In this document: piece by piece, positions 10,592 through 19,469 of the stretch
Layout of the letters: the number at the start of each line of letters is the position of its first letter
Numbering within the stretch: position 1 is the first letter of the stretch
Source: an uncultured Mollicutes bacterium
GTDB lineage: Bacteria > Bacillota_I > Bacilli_A > ML615J-28 > CAG-313
Length of the DNA stretch: 64,000 nucleotides
Direction: 5' to 3'
Assembly: GCA_900539265.1 (NCBI GenBank)
Contig: UQBM01000008.1
Coordinates: 4,095 to 68,094, forward strand
The notes under the pieces: generated by a model
Told to the model about the DNA's origin: nothing
What the model saw: the letters and a program-made list of their open reading frames with translations, nothing else
Databases searched by the model: none
Translations under genes and position numbers: made by a program

Positions 10592-10741
10592 CTATTTTGT
10601 TTCTTTATGTACTGTATGTTTATTACAACGTTTACAATACTTTTTAATAACTACTCTTTGGTTAGTATTTAATTTATTTTTTTCCGTTATATAATTGCGA
10701 GATAAACATTCCTCACAAACTAGTATGACCTTCTCTCTCAT
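10592..10741 (-). CDS. rpmG: 50S ribosomal protein L33
   Basis: Not in the ORF track (49 aa). Hand translation gives [49 protein letters not shown], with the Cys4 zinc ribbon typical of L33 and an AAGGTGG RBS 8 nt upstream. Confidence 0.85.
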   Translation of the reverse strand: MREKVILVCEECLSRNYITEKNKLNTNQRVVIKKYCKRCNKHTVHKETK

Positions 10742-10807
10742 ATATTTATAATACCACCTTGACTAATTCATTATACTAAATTTACAATCAAAAGTCAACT
10801 ATTTAAA

Positions 10808-11341
10808 TTATTTTTTACGAGCTTTTTTTCTTATTCTATCAATTGCATCATAAATTTTTTTTACTTCACAATCCAATTCTTTAGCAATCTCTCTTGGTGT
10901 TTCTTTTTTAATAAACTTTAATTCATATATTTTTCTTTCAAATAAAGATAAATTTAGATTTTCTTCATTTAAAATTTTATTTTCAACATTATTTGAAGCA
11001 TCAACTATAAATTCTTCAATATTATCCATATAAATTATTCTTTCCTTTTTATTTTTTTTCCGTAGCAAGTCAATGAATTTTCTTTTTAAAATTAAAGCAA
11101 AATAACTATTAAAACTTAGAAAGAATTTATCATTATATGAATTTATGGCTTTAATAAGACATATTAAACCTTCTGCATAAAATTCTTCTCTTTCATCAGG
11201 TAGTAAATTAATTTTACTAATCTTGGAAAGAATGAATGGTTTATACTTATTAATCAAAATCTCTCTTGCTAAATCATCGTTATCATAAATTAAATACAAT
11301 AATTCATTATCATTGTATTTCTGAATAAAAATCCCCCCCAT
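10808..11341 (-). CDS. sigH: RNA polymerase sigma factor, SigH-like (sigma-70 family)
   Basis: 177 aa with sigma-70 region 2/4-like segments. Its position upstream of rpmG-secE-nusG matches sigH in Bacillus. Confidence 0.6.
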   Translation of the reverse strand: MGGIFIQKYNDNELLYLIYDNDDLAREILINKYKPFILSKISKINLLPDEREEFYAEGLICLIKAINSYNDKFFLSFNSYFALILKRKFIDLLRKKNKKERIIYMDNIEEFIVDASNNVENKILNEENLNLSLFERKIYELKFIKKETPREIAKELDCEVKKIYDAIDRIRKKARKK

Positions 11342-11350
11342 CTTATTTAA

Positions 11351-12076
11351 TTAGTTTTCAAACCGATTCCGCAGTATTTCATAAAAAATAATACTTGCGC
11401 TTACCGAAGCATTAAGTGATGTTATATGCCCTATCATTGGAATATTAACAAAAAAATCACAGTTTTCTTTTACAAGTCTTGAAATACCAAATCCCTCTGA
11501 ACCAATGACAACTGCAATCTTACCTTTATAATCTTGCTTGCGATAATCAATAGATCCTTTCATATCTAAACCGATTACCCAAAATCCTTCTGATTTTAAT
11601 TTTTTAATTGTTTGAACTAAATTGGTCACTTGTGATACTTTTACATATTCAATAGCTCCAGTAGATACTTTGGCAACCGTTTGATTTAAAGAAACACTAC
11701 GATTTTTCGGAATAATAATTCCATCAATTCCTGTTGCATCAGCTGTTCTCATAATCGCCCCTAAATTATGTGGGTCTTCTAAACCATCTAGTATAACTAA
11801 AGTTGCATGCTCTTGACCATTTATTTCTTCTAGTATTCTATCTAAATCAATATATTTGTATTCAGCAATCTCAACTACAACTCCTTGATGATTTGAACCA
11901 AATTTTTTATTTAACTCGATTAACGTCATTTCAATTATTTCAATTTGTTTTTCTTTAGCTATTTTTTTTATGTTATCATTATCATGACTTTTATTTTTTT
12001 TTAACATAAATATTTTTTTTATATCTTTGTTAACTTTTAAACTTTCTATTGCTGCATTTTTACCATATATAAACAT
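11351..12076 (-). CDS. rlmB: 23S rRNA (guanosine-2'-O)-methyltransferase RlmB (SpoU/TrmH family, YacO)
   Basis: SpoU-family motifs (GLEDPHNLGAIMRTADATG, GSEGFGIS) and synteny. Confidence 0.8.
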   Translation of the reverse strand: MFIYGKNAAIESLKVNKDIKKIFMLKKNKSHDNDNIKKIAKEKQIEIIEMTLIELNKKFGSNHQGVVVEIAEYKYIDLDRILEEINGQEHATLVILDGLEDPHNLGAIMRTADATGIDGIIIPKNRSVSLNQTVAKVSTGAIEYVKVSQVTNLVQTIKKLKSEGFWVIGLDMKGSIDYRKQDYKGKIAVVIGSEGFGISRLVKENCDFFVNIPMIGHITSLNASVSASIIFYEILRNRFEN

Positions 12077-12463
12077 CTATTCACCACTTTCAACAATTGA
12101 AAAAATCATTTTAATAATTTCATCTAATCTTTCATTATCACCTTTTAAAAATAAATAGCCAATAACTGCTTCAAGACCTGTTGATACTATATATGCTGTA
12201 TGATCAACATTTTTCCGATAACCATGTGGTGCATTATTACGACCTCTTAAAAAATATTGCATTTCATCAATTGTTAAATATTTTTTTAAATTTTCAAATA
12301 TATATTGATGAGCATAAGCAGAAACATATTTTATACTAACTTTACGAAGTTGAGCATTTTTAGTAATACCCTTTTCTAATAAATGAACCCGAACCCTTAA
12401 TTCAAAATAGGCATCACCAACATAAGCCAAATTACTACCATTTAGTATCTGATAATTATTCAT
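12077..12463 (-). CDS. mrnC: Mini-ribonuclease 3
   Basis: 128 aa with an RNase III-like catalytic motif (LAYVGDAYFELRVRVHLL) and synteny with cysS. Confidence 0.8.
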   Translation of the reverse strand: MNNYQILNGSNLAYVGDAYFELRVRVHLLEKGITKNAQLRKVSIKYVSAYAHQYIFENLKKYLTIDEMQYFLRGRNNAPHGYRKNVDHTAYIVSTGLEAVIGYLFLKGDNERLDEIIKMIFSIVESGE

Positions 12464-13815
12464 TATAATTTTATATCCATTTCTATAATTTTTAATCTAA
12501 GTTCATCAGCTTTCGCAAAATCTTTATTTTCTCTTGCCTTTTGCCAATTGTTAATAAGTTCTTTTTCTTGAATTGACAGTGGCTTAATATCGACGTAAAG
12601 ACCAAAAATATCAAACATATCTTGGAGTGTTTTTAAGTCATCTTTTAATTCATCTAATGAACAATCCTTGTTTCTTAAATCTTTATTACTCTTTTTTTGA
12701 TGATTATAAAGAATACTTAAAGCATTAGCTGTATTAAAATCATAAGCCATTTCATTTAAAAATTCCTTCATAATTTCTAAATCATTACCACCAAATTGTA
12801 AATTACTAAGTTCAATTTTTCGATATAAACTAATATATGTTTTTTCGAATTTTTCCCATTCTATAGTCATCTTTTTCATTAATTCATCGGTATAATTAAT
12901 CGTTTGTCGATAATGATTAGCCAAAACAAATAATCGATATGCTTGAGGAGGGTATTCATTAATGATATCCTTTAACCAAATAACGTTACCCAATGATTTG
13001 CTCATCTTTTCACCACTCAAATCTATTCTAGCATTGTGAATCCAATAATTAGCAATTGTATGATTATTAAGCGCAATTGATTGCGCAATCTCATTTTCAT
13101 GATGGGGAAATTTTAAATCGTTCCCACCTCCATGAATATCAATTTTTCCACCAAATATCTTATCAATCATAACTACACATTCCGTATGCCAACCAGGCCT
13201 TCCCATTCCAAACGGACTTGGCCATTTTTTTCCAATATCGCTCGTTTTTTTCCATAAAGTAAAATCAGCAGGATCCTTTTTATTCTTATTAATGTCAATT
13301 CGTGACCCACTTTCTAAATTATCTAATTTTTGATTACTTAAAATACCATATTCTGGAATACTTCTAACATCAAAATATACATCATCTCCACTTTTATAAG
13401 CATGTCCAGTTTTAACTAATTCATCAATGTATAAAATTATATCTTCAATATGTTCAGTCACTCTAGGATGAATTACTTGTTTATTACAACCAATTTTATC
13501 ACAGGCATCTAAATAAGCCTTTATATATTTTTCACTAACTATATCTTCCGTTGTATTTTCTTCTATTGCCTTTTTAATAATTTTATCGTCAATATCAGTA
13601 AAATTTGATACCATCTTTACTTTATAGCCAATATATTCAAAAAATCTTCTTACTGTATCAAAAAAAATAACTGGCCTTGCATTTCCGATATGCATATGAT
13701 TATAAACAGTCGGACCACAAACATACATTGATATTTCGTCATCTTTTATCGGTTTAAAATTTTCCATTTTATTAGTTAAGGAATTATACACTTTTATATT
13801 ATCTTTTATCATCAC
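12463..13815 (-). CDS. cysS: cysteine--tRNA ligase
   Basis: HIGN (HMHIGNARP) and KMSKS motifs, plus zinc-binding Cys residues. Confidence 0.95.
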   Translation of the reverse strand: MMIKDNIKVYNSLTNKMENFKPIKDDEISMYVCGPTVYNHMHIGNARPVIFFDTVRRFFEYIGYKVKMVSNFTDIDDKIIKKAIEENTTEDIVSEKYIKAYLDACDKIGCNKQVIHPRVTEHIEDIILYIDELVKTGHAYKSGDDVYFDVRSIPEYGILSNQKLDNLESGSRIDINKNKKDPADFTLWKKTSDIGKKWPSPFGMGRPGWHTECVVMIDKIFGGKIDIHGGGNDLKFPHHENEIAQSIALNNHTIANYWIHNARIDLSGEKMSKSLGNVIWLKDIINEYPPQAYRLFVLANHYRQTINYTDELMKKMTIEWEKFEKTYISLYRKIELSNLQFGGNDLEIMKEFLNEMAYDFNTANALSILYNHQKKSNKDLRNKDCSLDELKDDLKTLQDMFDIFGLYVDIKPLSIQEKELINNWQKARENKDFAKADELRLKIIEMDIKL

Positions 13816-14000
13816 TTTTTTACCTCTTTCAAAAAACTATTTTTTTTACTTTTTTTATTAACAATTTGCATTACCATTATAATGATTCCAACAAATGAAA
13901 TTTCAAGCATAATAAAAGAGAGTAATCCGCAAATATTTTCAGTCCTTTCTCCTAAAAAAAGAACAATACTTATAATATATATTATATTATTAACCATATC
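13812..14000 (-). CDS. small hydrophobic protein (hypothetical)
   Basis: 62-aa ORF with a TM helix and AAGAGGTG 4 nt upstream of an internal ATG. The longer track ORF begins inside the rpsI terminator hairpin. Confidence 0.3.
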   Translation of the reverse strand, partial: DMVNNIIYIISIVLFLGERTENICGLLSFIMLEISFVGIIIMVMQIVNKKSKKNSFLKEVKK

Positions 14001-14027
14001 ACACCTCTTAAAAATACTTTTTTGAAA

Positions 14028-14062
14028 AAATAAGACCACAAATCTTTTTTTGTGGTCTTAAA
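14028..14062 (-). terminator. rho-independent terminator of the rplM-rpsI operon
   Basis: Hairpin AAGACCACAAA/TTTGTGGTCTT followed by a T-run on the minus strand. Confidence 0.65.
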
Positions 14063-14096
14063 TAAACATAAACTAAGCGTATATTTAAAAATACGA

Positions 14097-14489
14097 TTAA
14101 CGCTTTGAGAATTGTGGTGCACGACGAGCTTTACGAAGACCGTATTTTTTACGTTCTGTAGCACGTGGATCACGAGTAAGCAAACCCGCTTTTTTCAAAA
14201 GTGGACGATAATCAGGATTAACTAATAATAATGCACGACTAATTCCAAGACGGATTGCACCTGCTTGACCACTAATTCCACCACCATTTACATTTACATA
14301 AATATCATATTGTGTTCCTGTTTCTGTTAAATTAAGTGGTTGTAATACGTCAAGGCGAATAGCGGCTGAAGGAATATATTCTACGAAATTACGATCATTC
14401 ACAACAAATTTTCCATTACCAGGTACTAAACGTACTCTTGCAACCGAACTTTTGCGACGACCAGTAGCTTGATAAACTGCTTTTTCCAT
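14097..14489 (-). CDS. rpsI: 30S ribosomal protein S9
   Basis: [12 protein letters not shown] ... [16 protein letters not shown]. Confidence 0.95.
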   Translation of the reverse strand: MEKAVYQATGRRKSSVARVRLVPGNGKFVVNDRNFVEYIPSAAIRLDVLQPLNLTETGTQYDIYVNVNGGGISGQAGAIRLGISRALLLVNPDYRPLLKKAGLLTRDPRATERKKYGLRKARRAPQFSKR

Positions 14490-14501
14490 TCTTCTATCCT
14501 C

Positions 14502-14948
14502 CTATTTAATTTCTAAAGGAAATACTTCAGGTTTTTGAGCATTTTGTTCATGTTCAGGTCCAACATAAACATAAAGACGACGATACATATTGTCACCTTG
14601 TGGTCCCTTTGGAAGCATCCCTCTTACCGCAAATTCAACAATCTTTTGTGGTTGTTTATCCATCATTTCTTGAGCAGTACGTGTTTTTAAACCACCTGCA
14701 TATTGTGAATGGCGATAATATTTTTTACCTTGCATCTTATTTCCTGTTAAAGCAACTTTTTCTGCATTAATAACAATTACATAATCACCACCATCAATAT
14801 GTGGTGTATATGTTGGTTTGTGTTTACCTTTTAAAACAGTAGCAATCGCAACTGACATACGACCTAAAACTAAATCGGTTGCATCAATCACATACCATTT
14901 ACGATTTTCTCTTGCGCTTTTAACTGTATCCATATAAGTTGTACGCAT
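14502..14948 (-). CDS. rplM: 50S ribosomal protein L13
   Basis: MRTTYM ... RKWYVIDA conserved N-terminus. Confidence 0.95.
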   Translation of the reverse strand: MRTTYMDTVKSARENRKWYVIDATDLVLGRMSVAIATVLKGKHKPTYTPHIDGGDYVIVINAEKVALTGNKMQGKKYYRHSQYAGGLKTRTAQEMMDKQPQKIVEFAVRGMLPKGPQGDNMYRRLYVYVGPEHEQNAQKPEVFPLEIK

Positions 14949-15084
14949 TTTTATTTCCTCCTAAATTAATAATTGAAGGGCTTAATTTTGTGGGTTTTAA
15001 GTCTCTCGACTAAATGTATCGTATAGATTATACACTAATATGAAGAAATTGTCAAATAATAAAGCCTTTTTTATAAGTTCAAAA

Positions 15085-16173
15085 TTAGATAACACTTCTT
15101 TGAACATAATTTCCATGTATCATTTTTACTTTTGTCGTAATTATAAATGCTTTGGGATCAACTGAATGAATAAGTGCCATATATTCAGGAATTTCAAAAT
15201 TAATTGCATATATTTCAATAACTTTTTTACATTTATTTGTATATCCACCAACAGCATCATAAATCGTCATACTATGATAAAAATGTTCAAGTAAAACTTT
15301 TTTTAATTCTTCAGCCTTATCAGTTATAATTTCAAGTCTAGTTGTTTGATAAGTTTGATACATTGCTTGTAAAACTTTCATATAAATTATTAAACGAATA
15401 ACAGTATATAGAACATTTTCCACACTAATTAAAGAAGATGCACAAATAATAGAAATATCAACTAAAAATTGATATTTAGTAAACGGAATTCTTTTCTTCA
15501 TCACTAAATAATTAGAAATAATATCCATTCCTCCTGTTGAGCCACCACCTTTTAAACAAAGAGCAGCACCATATCCTGTAATAAGACCACCAATAATCGC
15601 AAGTAATAATCTTGTTCCTGGTTGCATATTAGTTCTAAATGCATTTTCAAGTGCAATCGTTGTTGAACTATGAAGAATATTAAAATCTCCTTTAAAGGCA
15701 TCTATCAGACCACCACCAACATTTCCACCATCACTTAATAGATAAATAAACGGACTAACTGTAATATTGGAAATTAATGACATTAAAATAGACTGTATAG
15801 CAATTGATACAACTGTTAAAATAGCAAAATGTTTGCTAACACCGCGCCATCCAATCATTAAAAGTGGAATATTTATAATCGCCACAAACAGGCCAATATA
15901 TCCTCTAATAGCGGTTGAGCCACCAAATTTTTCAATTAAACCAACAATTAATTGAGAAACTCCCGTTACACCACCTGAAAAATAACCACCAAGTTGCAAA
16001 AGCCATACAACCCCAAAAGAATATATTACCGATCCTAAAACAACAAGGACAATAGATTTTCTCATTTTCTTCTTTTCACATTTATCATTTTCACATCCTA
16101 AATGACCAAAAACATATCGATTTTTTTTTGATACTCCACCCTCATTAGGGATATTAGATTGTTCGTTTTCCAT
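15085..16173 (-). CDS. YitT-family membrane protein (DUF161 + DUF2179)
   Basis: Multi-TM N-domain with GGxTGG motifs (GGSTGGMDII) and a C-terminal DUF2179-like soluble domain. Confidence 0.6.
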   Translation of the reverse strand: MENEQSNIPNEGGVSKKNRYVFGHLGCENDKCEKKKMRKSIVLVVLGSVIYSFGVVWLLQLGGYFSGGVTGVSQLIVGLIEKFGGSTAIRGYIGLFVAIINIPLLMIGWRGVSKHFAILTVVSIAIQSILMSLISNITVSPFIYLLSDGGNVGGGLIDAFKGDFNILHSSTTIALENAFRTNMQPGTRLLLAIIGGLITGYGAALCLKGGGSTGGMDIISNYLVMKKRIPFTKYQFLVDISIICASSLISVENVLYTVIRLIIYMKVLQAMYQTYQTTRLEIITDKAEELKKVLLEHFYHSMTIYDAVGGYTNKCKKVIEIYAINFEIPEYMALIHSVDPKAFIITTKVKMIHGNYVQRSVI

Positions 16174-16199
16174 GATTTTTTTCCTTTTATTATTATATA

Positions 16200-17465
16200 T
16201 TATTTTATTTTATTAACTGGATTTATAATCCTAATATCATTTTCTTTTTTACTATAACCAAATCTTTTTGTAATATCAAATAAGATTGGTGGGATAATAC
16301 ATGTTAATGATGAAGCAATTATTAGTGCATTCATAAATTTTTTGGTAAAAACACCAAATTCCTCAGAAGCAATAACAACAATTAGTGTACAAGCTACAAA
16401 CAAAGTTGTCTGAATTACTGTCGAAAAATTAAACCATCGACATAAATACATAAACGGAATTTTTACAATTATCAACATTCCAAACAAAATTAAAATTAAT
16501 GATAAATTTTCCCATTTAAATATTTCTTGAATCGGCATCAAAAGACCAATTTTTAGGCCTACTAACATATAAAAAATAGGCACAAAAATTCCATAACCAA
16601 TAATCTCAAGTTTATGAATATTAGTTTCACTTGGTTTTGCGGACTTAATAACCATTCCAGCTAAAAAGGCACCCAAAATATATTCAACCCCAGAAATACT
16701 ACAAAGAATCATTAAACCAAGTAATAAAGCTATAGTCAATCTTACTCCAAAATGTACAATACCATCAGAAATTTTTTTAAAACTACTTAACTTCAAATAG
16801 CGACTAAAAATATATACAATTAACAAAATGATTACAAGAATTAATAAAAGCCAAGGTTTTTGTTCTTTTGTCATTCCCAATGTCATCATTAAAATACTAA
16901 GTGCTACAATAGATAATAACTCGGCTTTAGTAGAATAACTACTAATAATTTTACCAATTGTACTATTGCTTAAACCTTCTTCATGGACCAAAGGAATTAC
17001 AATTGAAGCAAAAGTGCTACAAAAAATAATTGTCAAAACAATAACACCAATAACTTTATTATTCATAAAACCTAAAAATAAAAATGAACCACCAATGCTA
17101 CACAATATAATTGTAAATAATAAAATTGTAGTTAATCTACTAATATGTAAATATGAATCTCCTTTTTTATGCTTTCCTAAAACAGTAAAATCAGTATCTA
17201 ATCCGCTTAAAAATAAAAGGATTCCCATTCCAATGGAATAAAGTCCTTCCATAAATGGTGTAAGTTCATTATTATTTACAAAAAATTCTTTAGATGAAAA
17301 ACTAGCAAGTAAAATTCCTGTTAAAATTTCAATTACTAAAACAGGAATAAATTTTATTCGACAGATTGCTAAAATTACGGGAATGATTGCGGCAAGTCCT
17401 AATAAAATTACAATTGGTAATAAAACTTTTAAATCAAAATTTGTACTTGATAAATAAATAAACAT
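16200..17465 (-). CDS. cation:proton antiporter (CPA family) membrane protein
   Basis: 421 aa, about 12 TM helices, Na+/H+ exchanger-like. Confidence 0.5.
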   Translation of the reverse strand: MFIYLSSTNFDLKVLLPIVILLGLAAIIPVILAICRIKFIPVLVIEILTGILLASFSSKEFFVNNNELTPFMEGLYSIGMGILLFLSGLDTDFTVLGKHKKGDSYLHISRLTTILLFTIILCSIGGSFLFLGFMNNKVIGVIVLTIIFCSTFASIVIPLVHEEGLSNSTIGKIISSYSTKAELLSIVALSILMMTLGMTKEQKPWLLLILVIILLIVYIFSRYLKLSSFKKISDGIVHFGVRLTIALLLGLMILCSISGVEYILGAFLAGMVIKSAKPSETNIHKLEIIGYGIFVPIFYMLVGLKIGLLMPIQEIFKWENLSLILILFGMLIIVKIPFMYLCRWFNFSTVIQTTLFVACTLIVVIASEEFGVFTKKFMNALIIASSLTCIIPPILFDITKRFGYSKKENDIRIINPVNKIK

Positions 17466-17466
17466 A

Positions 17467-19395
17467 TTATCTTACTATTGCACCACTTGGTATTTCCTTT
17501 ACTTCTAATACTTCTAATTTATTAGCACTACTAGCACAAAGAATCATTCCATTGGATTCAACACCTCTAATCATTGATGTTTCTAAATTTTGTACTACAA
17601 CTACTTTTTTTCCAATCAAATCATTAGGACTATAAAATTGTGCAATTCCTGATACAATTTGTTTAATTTCGTTACCAATTTTAATTTGTGAAACAAGTAG
17701 TTTATCAGCATTAGGATGTTTTTTACATTCAATAATTTCTCCAATAACCATTGAAACTTTAGAAAAATCATCAATATTTATCTTTTTGACTTCTTCTTTG
17801 CTTTGCAAATTTTTCAGTTTTTCTTGTTCTTTAAAATAATTTAATTCTTTTTCCATATCAAGCCTTTGAAATAATTTTTCTTCTAGAAAAACCTTATCAC
17901 TTGAAAATTTTTCACCAAAAACTAATTGATCTAATCGCATACTAGTATTTATTTTTCCAAGTGAAACCAAAATTTTACTTGATGTTTCCACTAAATATGG
18001 TGCTATTAAAATTGCAATAATCCGTAATGATTCTGCTAGATGATACATTACACTTTCAAGTTCTTCCTTTTTATTATCATCTTTTGCAAGTACCCAAGGA
18101 GCAGTCTCATCAATATACTTATTGGCTCTTTTAACCAATTGCCAAGTTTCACCAATTCCATCTTGAATTCTAAATTTATCAAAGCATTCAATGGTTTTAG
18201 TAATTGCCTTATTTGCAACCTCACAAAGAGATTGTTCATATTCACCAAATTTCAGTGTATCTTTGTGCGGAACAATTCCGTCACAATATTTATTTATCAT
18301 AGAAATACTTCTACTAACTAAATTACCTAAATCATTAGCAAGTTCAAAATTATATCTTTCAATAAAACGTTCATAACTAAAAAGACCATCATTACCAAGT
18401 GGCAATTCTTTTGCTAAATAATATCTAACCGCATCAATGCCAAAACGATTAATTAAATCCATTGGGTATACCGCATTCCCTTTGGATTTGGACATTTTAC
18501 CCTCTTTAGTTAAAATCCAACCATGAACATAAAGTTTAAAACGAATAGGAATATCTAGTGCCATTAACATAATCGGCCAATAAATTGCATGAAATCTTAA
18601 AATATCCTTTCCTACAACATGGCAAACATTATCATTGTTAAGCCAAAACTCCTGATATAATTGATCATCACTAGTTCCATAACCAAGAGCTGTCAAATAA
18701 TTAAATAAAGCATCAATCCAAACATAAATAACATGTTTAGGGTTAGAAGGAACCTGAATACCCCATTTAAAAGAGGTTCTACTTACACATAAGTCCTCTA
18801 ATCCTGATTCAATAAATGAAATAACTTCATTTTTTCTAGTTTCTGGGCAAATAAAATCTGGATGATTTTTAATATATTCTAGAAGTCTTTTTTCATATTT
18901 TTTTAAACGTAAAAAATAACTTTCCTCTGATACAAGTTTGGTTGGTTTTCCACAATCCGGACAAGTGTCATTTTCTCCGAGTTGAGTTTTCGTAAAAAAT
19001 GTTTCACAAGAAACGCAATAATTACCACTATATGAACCAAGATATATATCATCATTTGCAAGTAATTGTTCGAAGACTTTTGCGACAATTTCCTCGTGCT
19101 TTTTATCTGTTGTTCTAATAAAACCATCATAATCAATATGCATTACTTTCCATAGTTCTTTAGTTTCTAAGGCAACTTTATCTACAAAAGTTTGTGGATT
19201 CATTTTGGCTTTTGATGCTGCTTCTTCTATTTTTTGACCATGTTCATCCATTCCAGTTAAATAAAAGGTTTTTCTTCCCATTTGTCGATTAAATCTTGCA
19301 TAAACATCACATGCAACTGTGGTATAACTATTACCAATTTGAACCTTTCCACTAGCATAATAAATGGGTGTTGTTACATAGCATTTTTTACACAT
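17467..19395 (-). CDS. metG: methionine--tRNA ligase with C-terminal tRNA-binding domain
   Basis: KMSKS motif, zinc-knuckle Cys, and a C-terminal EMAP/Trbp111-like domain. Confidence 0.95.
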   Translation of the reverse strand: MCKKCYVTTPIYYASGKVQIGNSYTTVACDVYARFNRQMGRKTFYLTGMDEHGQKIEEAASKAKMNPQTFVDKVALETKELWKVMHIDYDGFIRTTDKKHEEIVAKVFEQLLANDDIYLGSYSGNYCVSCETFFTKTQLGENDTCPDCGKPTKLVSEESYFLRLKKYEKRLLEYIKNHPDFICPETRKNEVISFIESGLEDLCVSRTSFKWGIQVPSNPKHVIYVWIDALFNYLTALGYGTSDDQLYQEFWLNNDNVCHVVGKDILRFHAIYWPIMLMALDIPIRFKLYVHGWILTKEGKMSKSKGNAVYPMDLINRFGIDAVRYYLAKELPLGNDGLFSYERFIERYNFELANDLGNLVSRSISMINKYCDGIVPHKDTLKFGEYEQSLCEVANKAITKTIECFDKFRIQDGIGETWQLVKRANKYIDETAPWVLAKDDNKKEELESVMYHLAESLRIIAILIAPYLVETSSKILVSLGKINTSMRLDQLVFGEKFSSDKVFLEEKLFQRLDMEKELNYFKEQEKLKNLQSKEEVKKINIDDFSKVSMVIGEIIECKKHPNADKLLVSQIKIGNEIKQIVSGIAQFYSPNDLIGKKVVVVQNLETSMIRGVESNGMILCASSANKLEVLEVKEIPSGAIVR

Positions 19396-19469
19396 TTAAT
19401 ACCTCCTAAAATGGTCAATTTTACTTGTCACATTATAACACATTCTAGTTTTTTTATAAAGAAAAATGA

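Noticed and set aside
13816-19469. T-box leaders upstream of cysS, metG and leuS
   Set aside because: The upstream spacers are too short (metG 74 nt, leuS overlapped by the upstream ORF) or occupied by a small ORF (cysS). No specifier or T-box sequences were seen.
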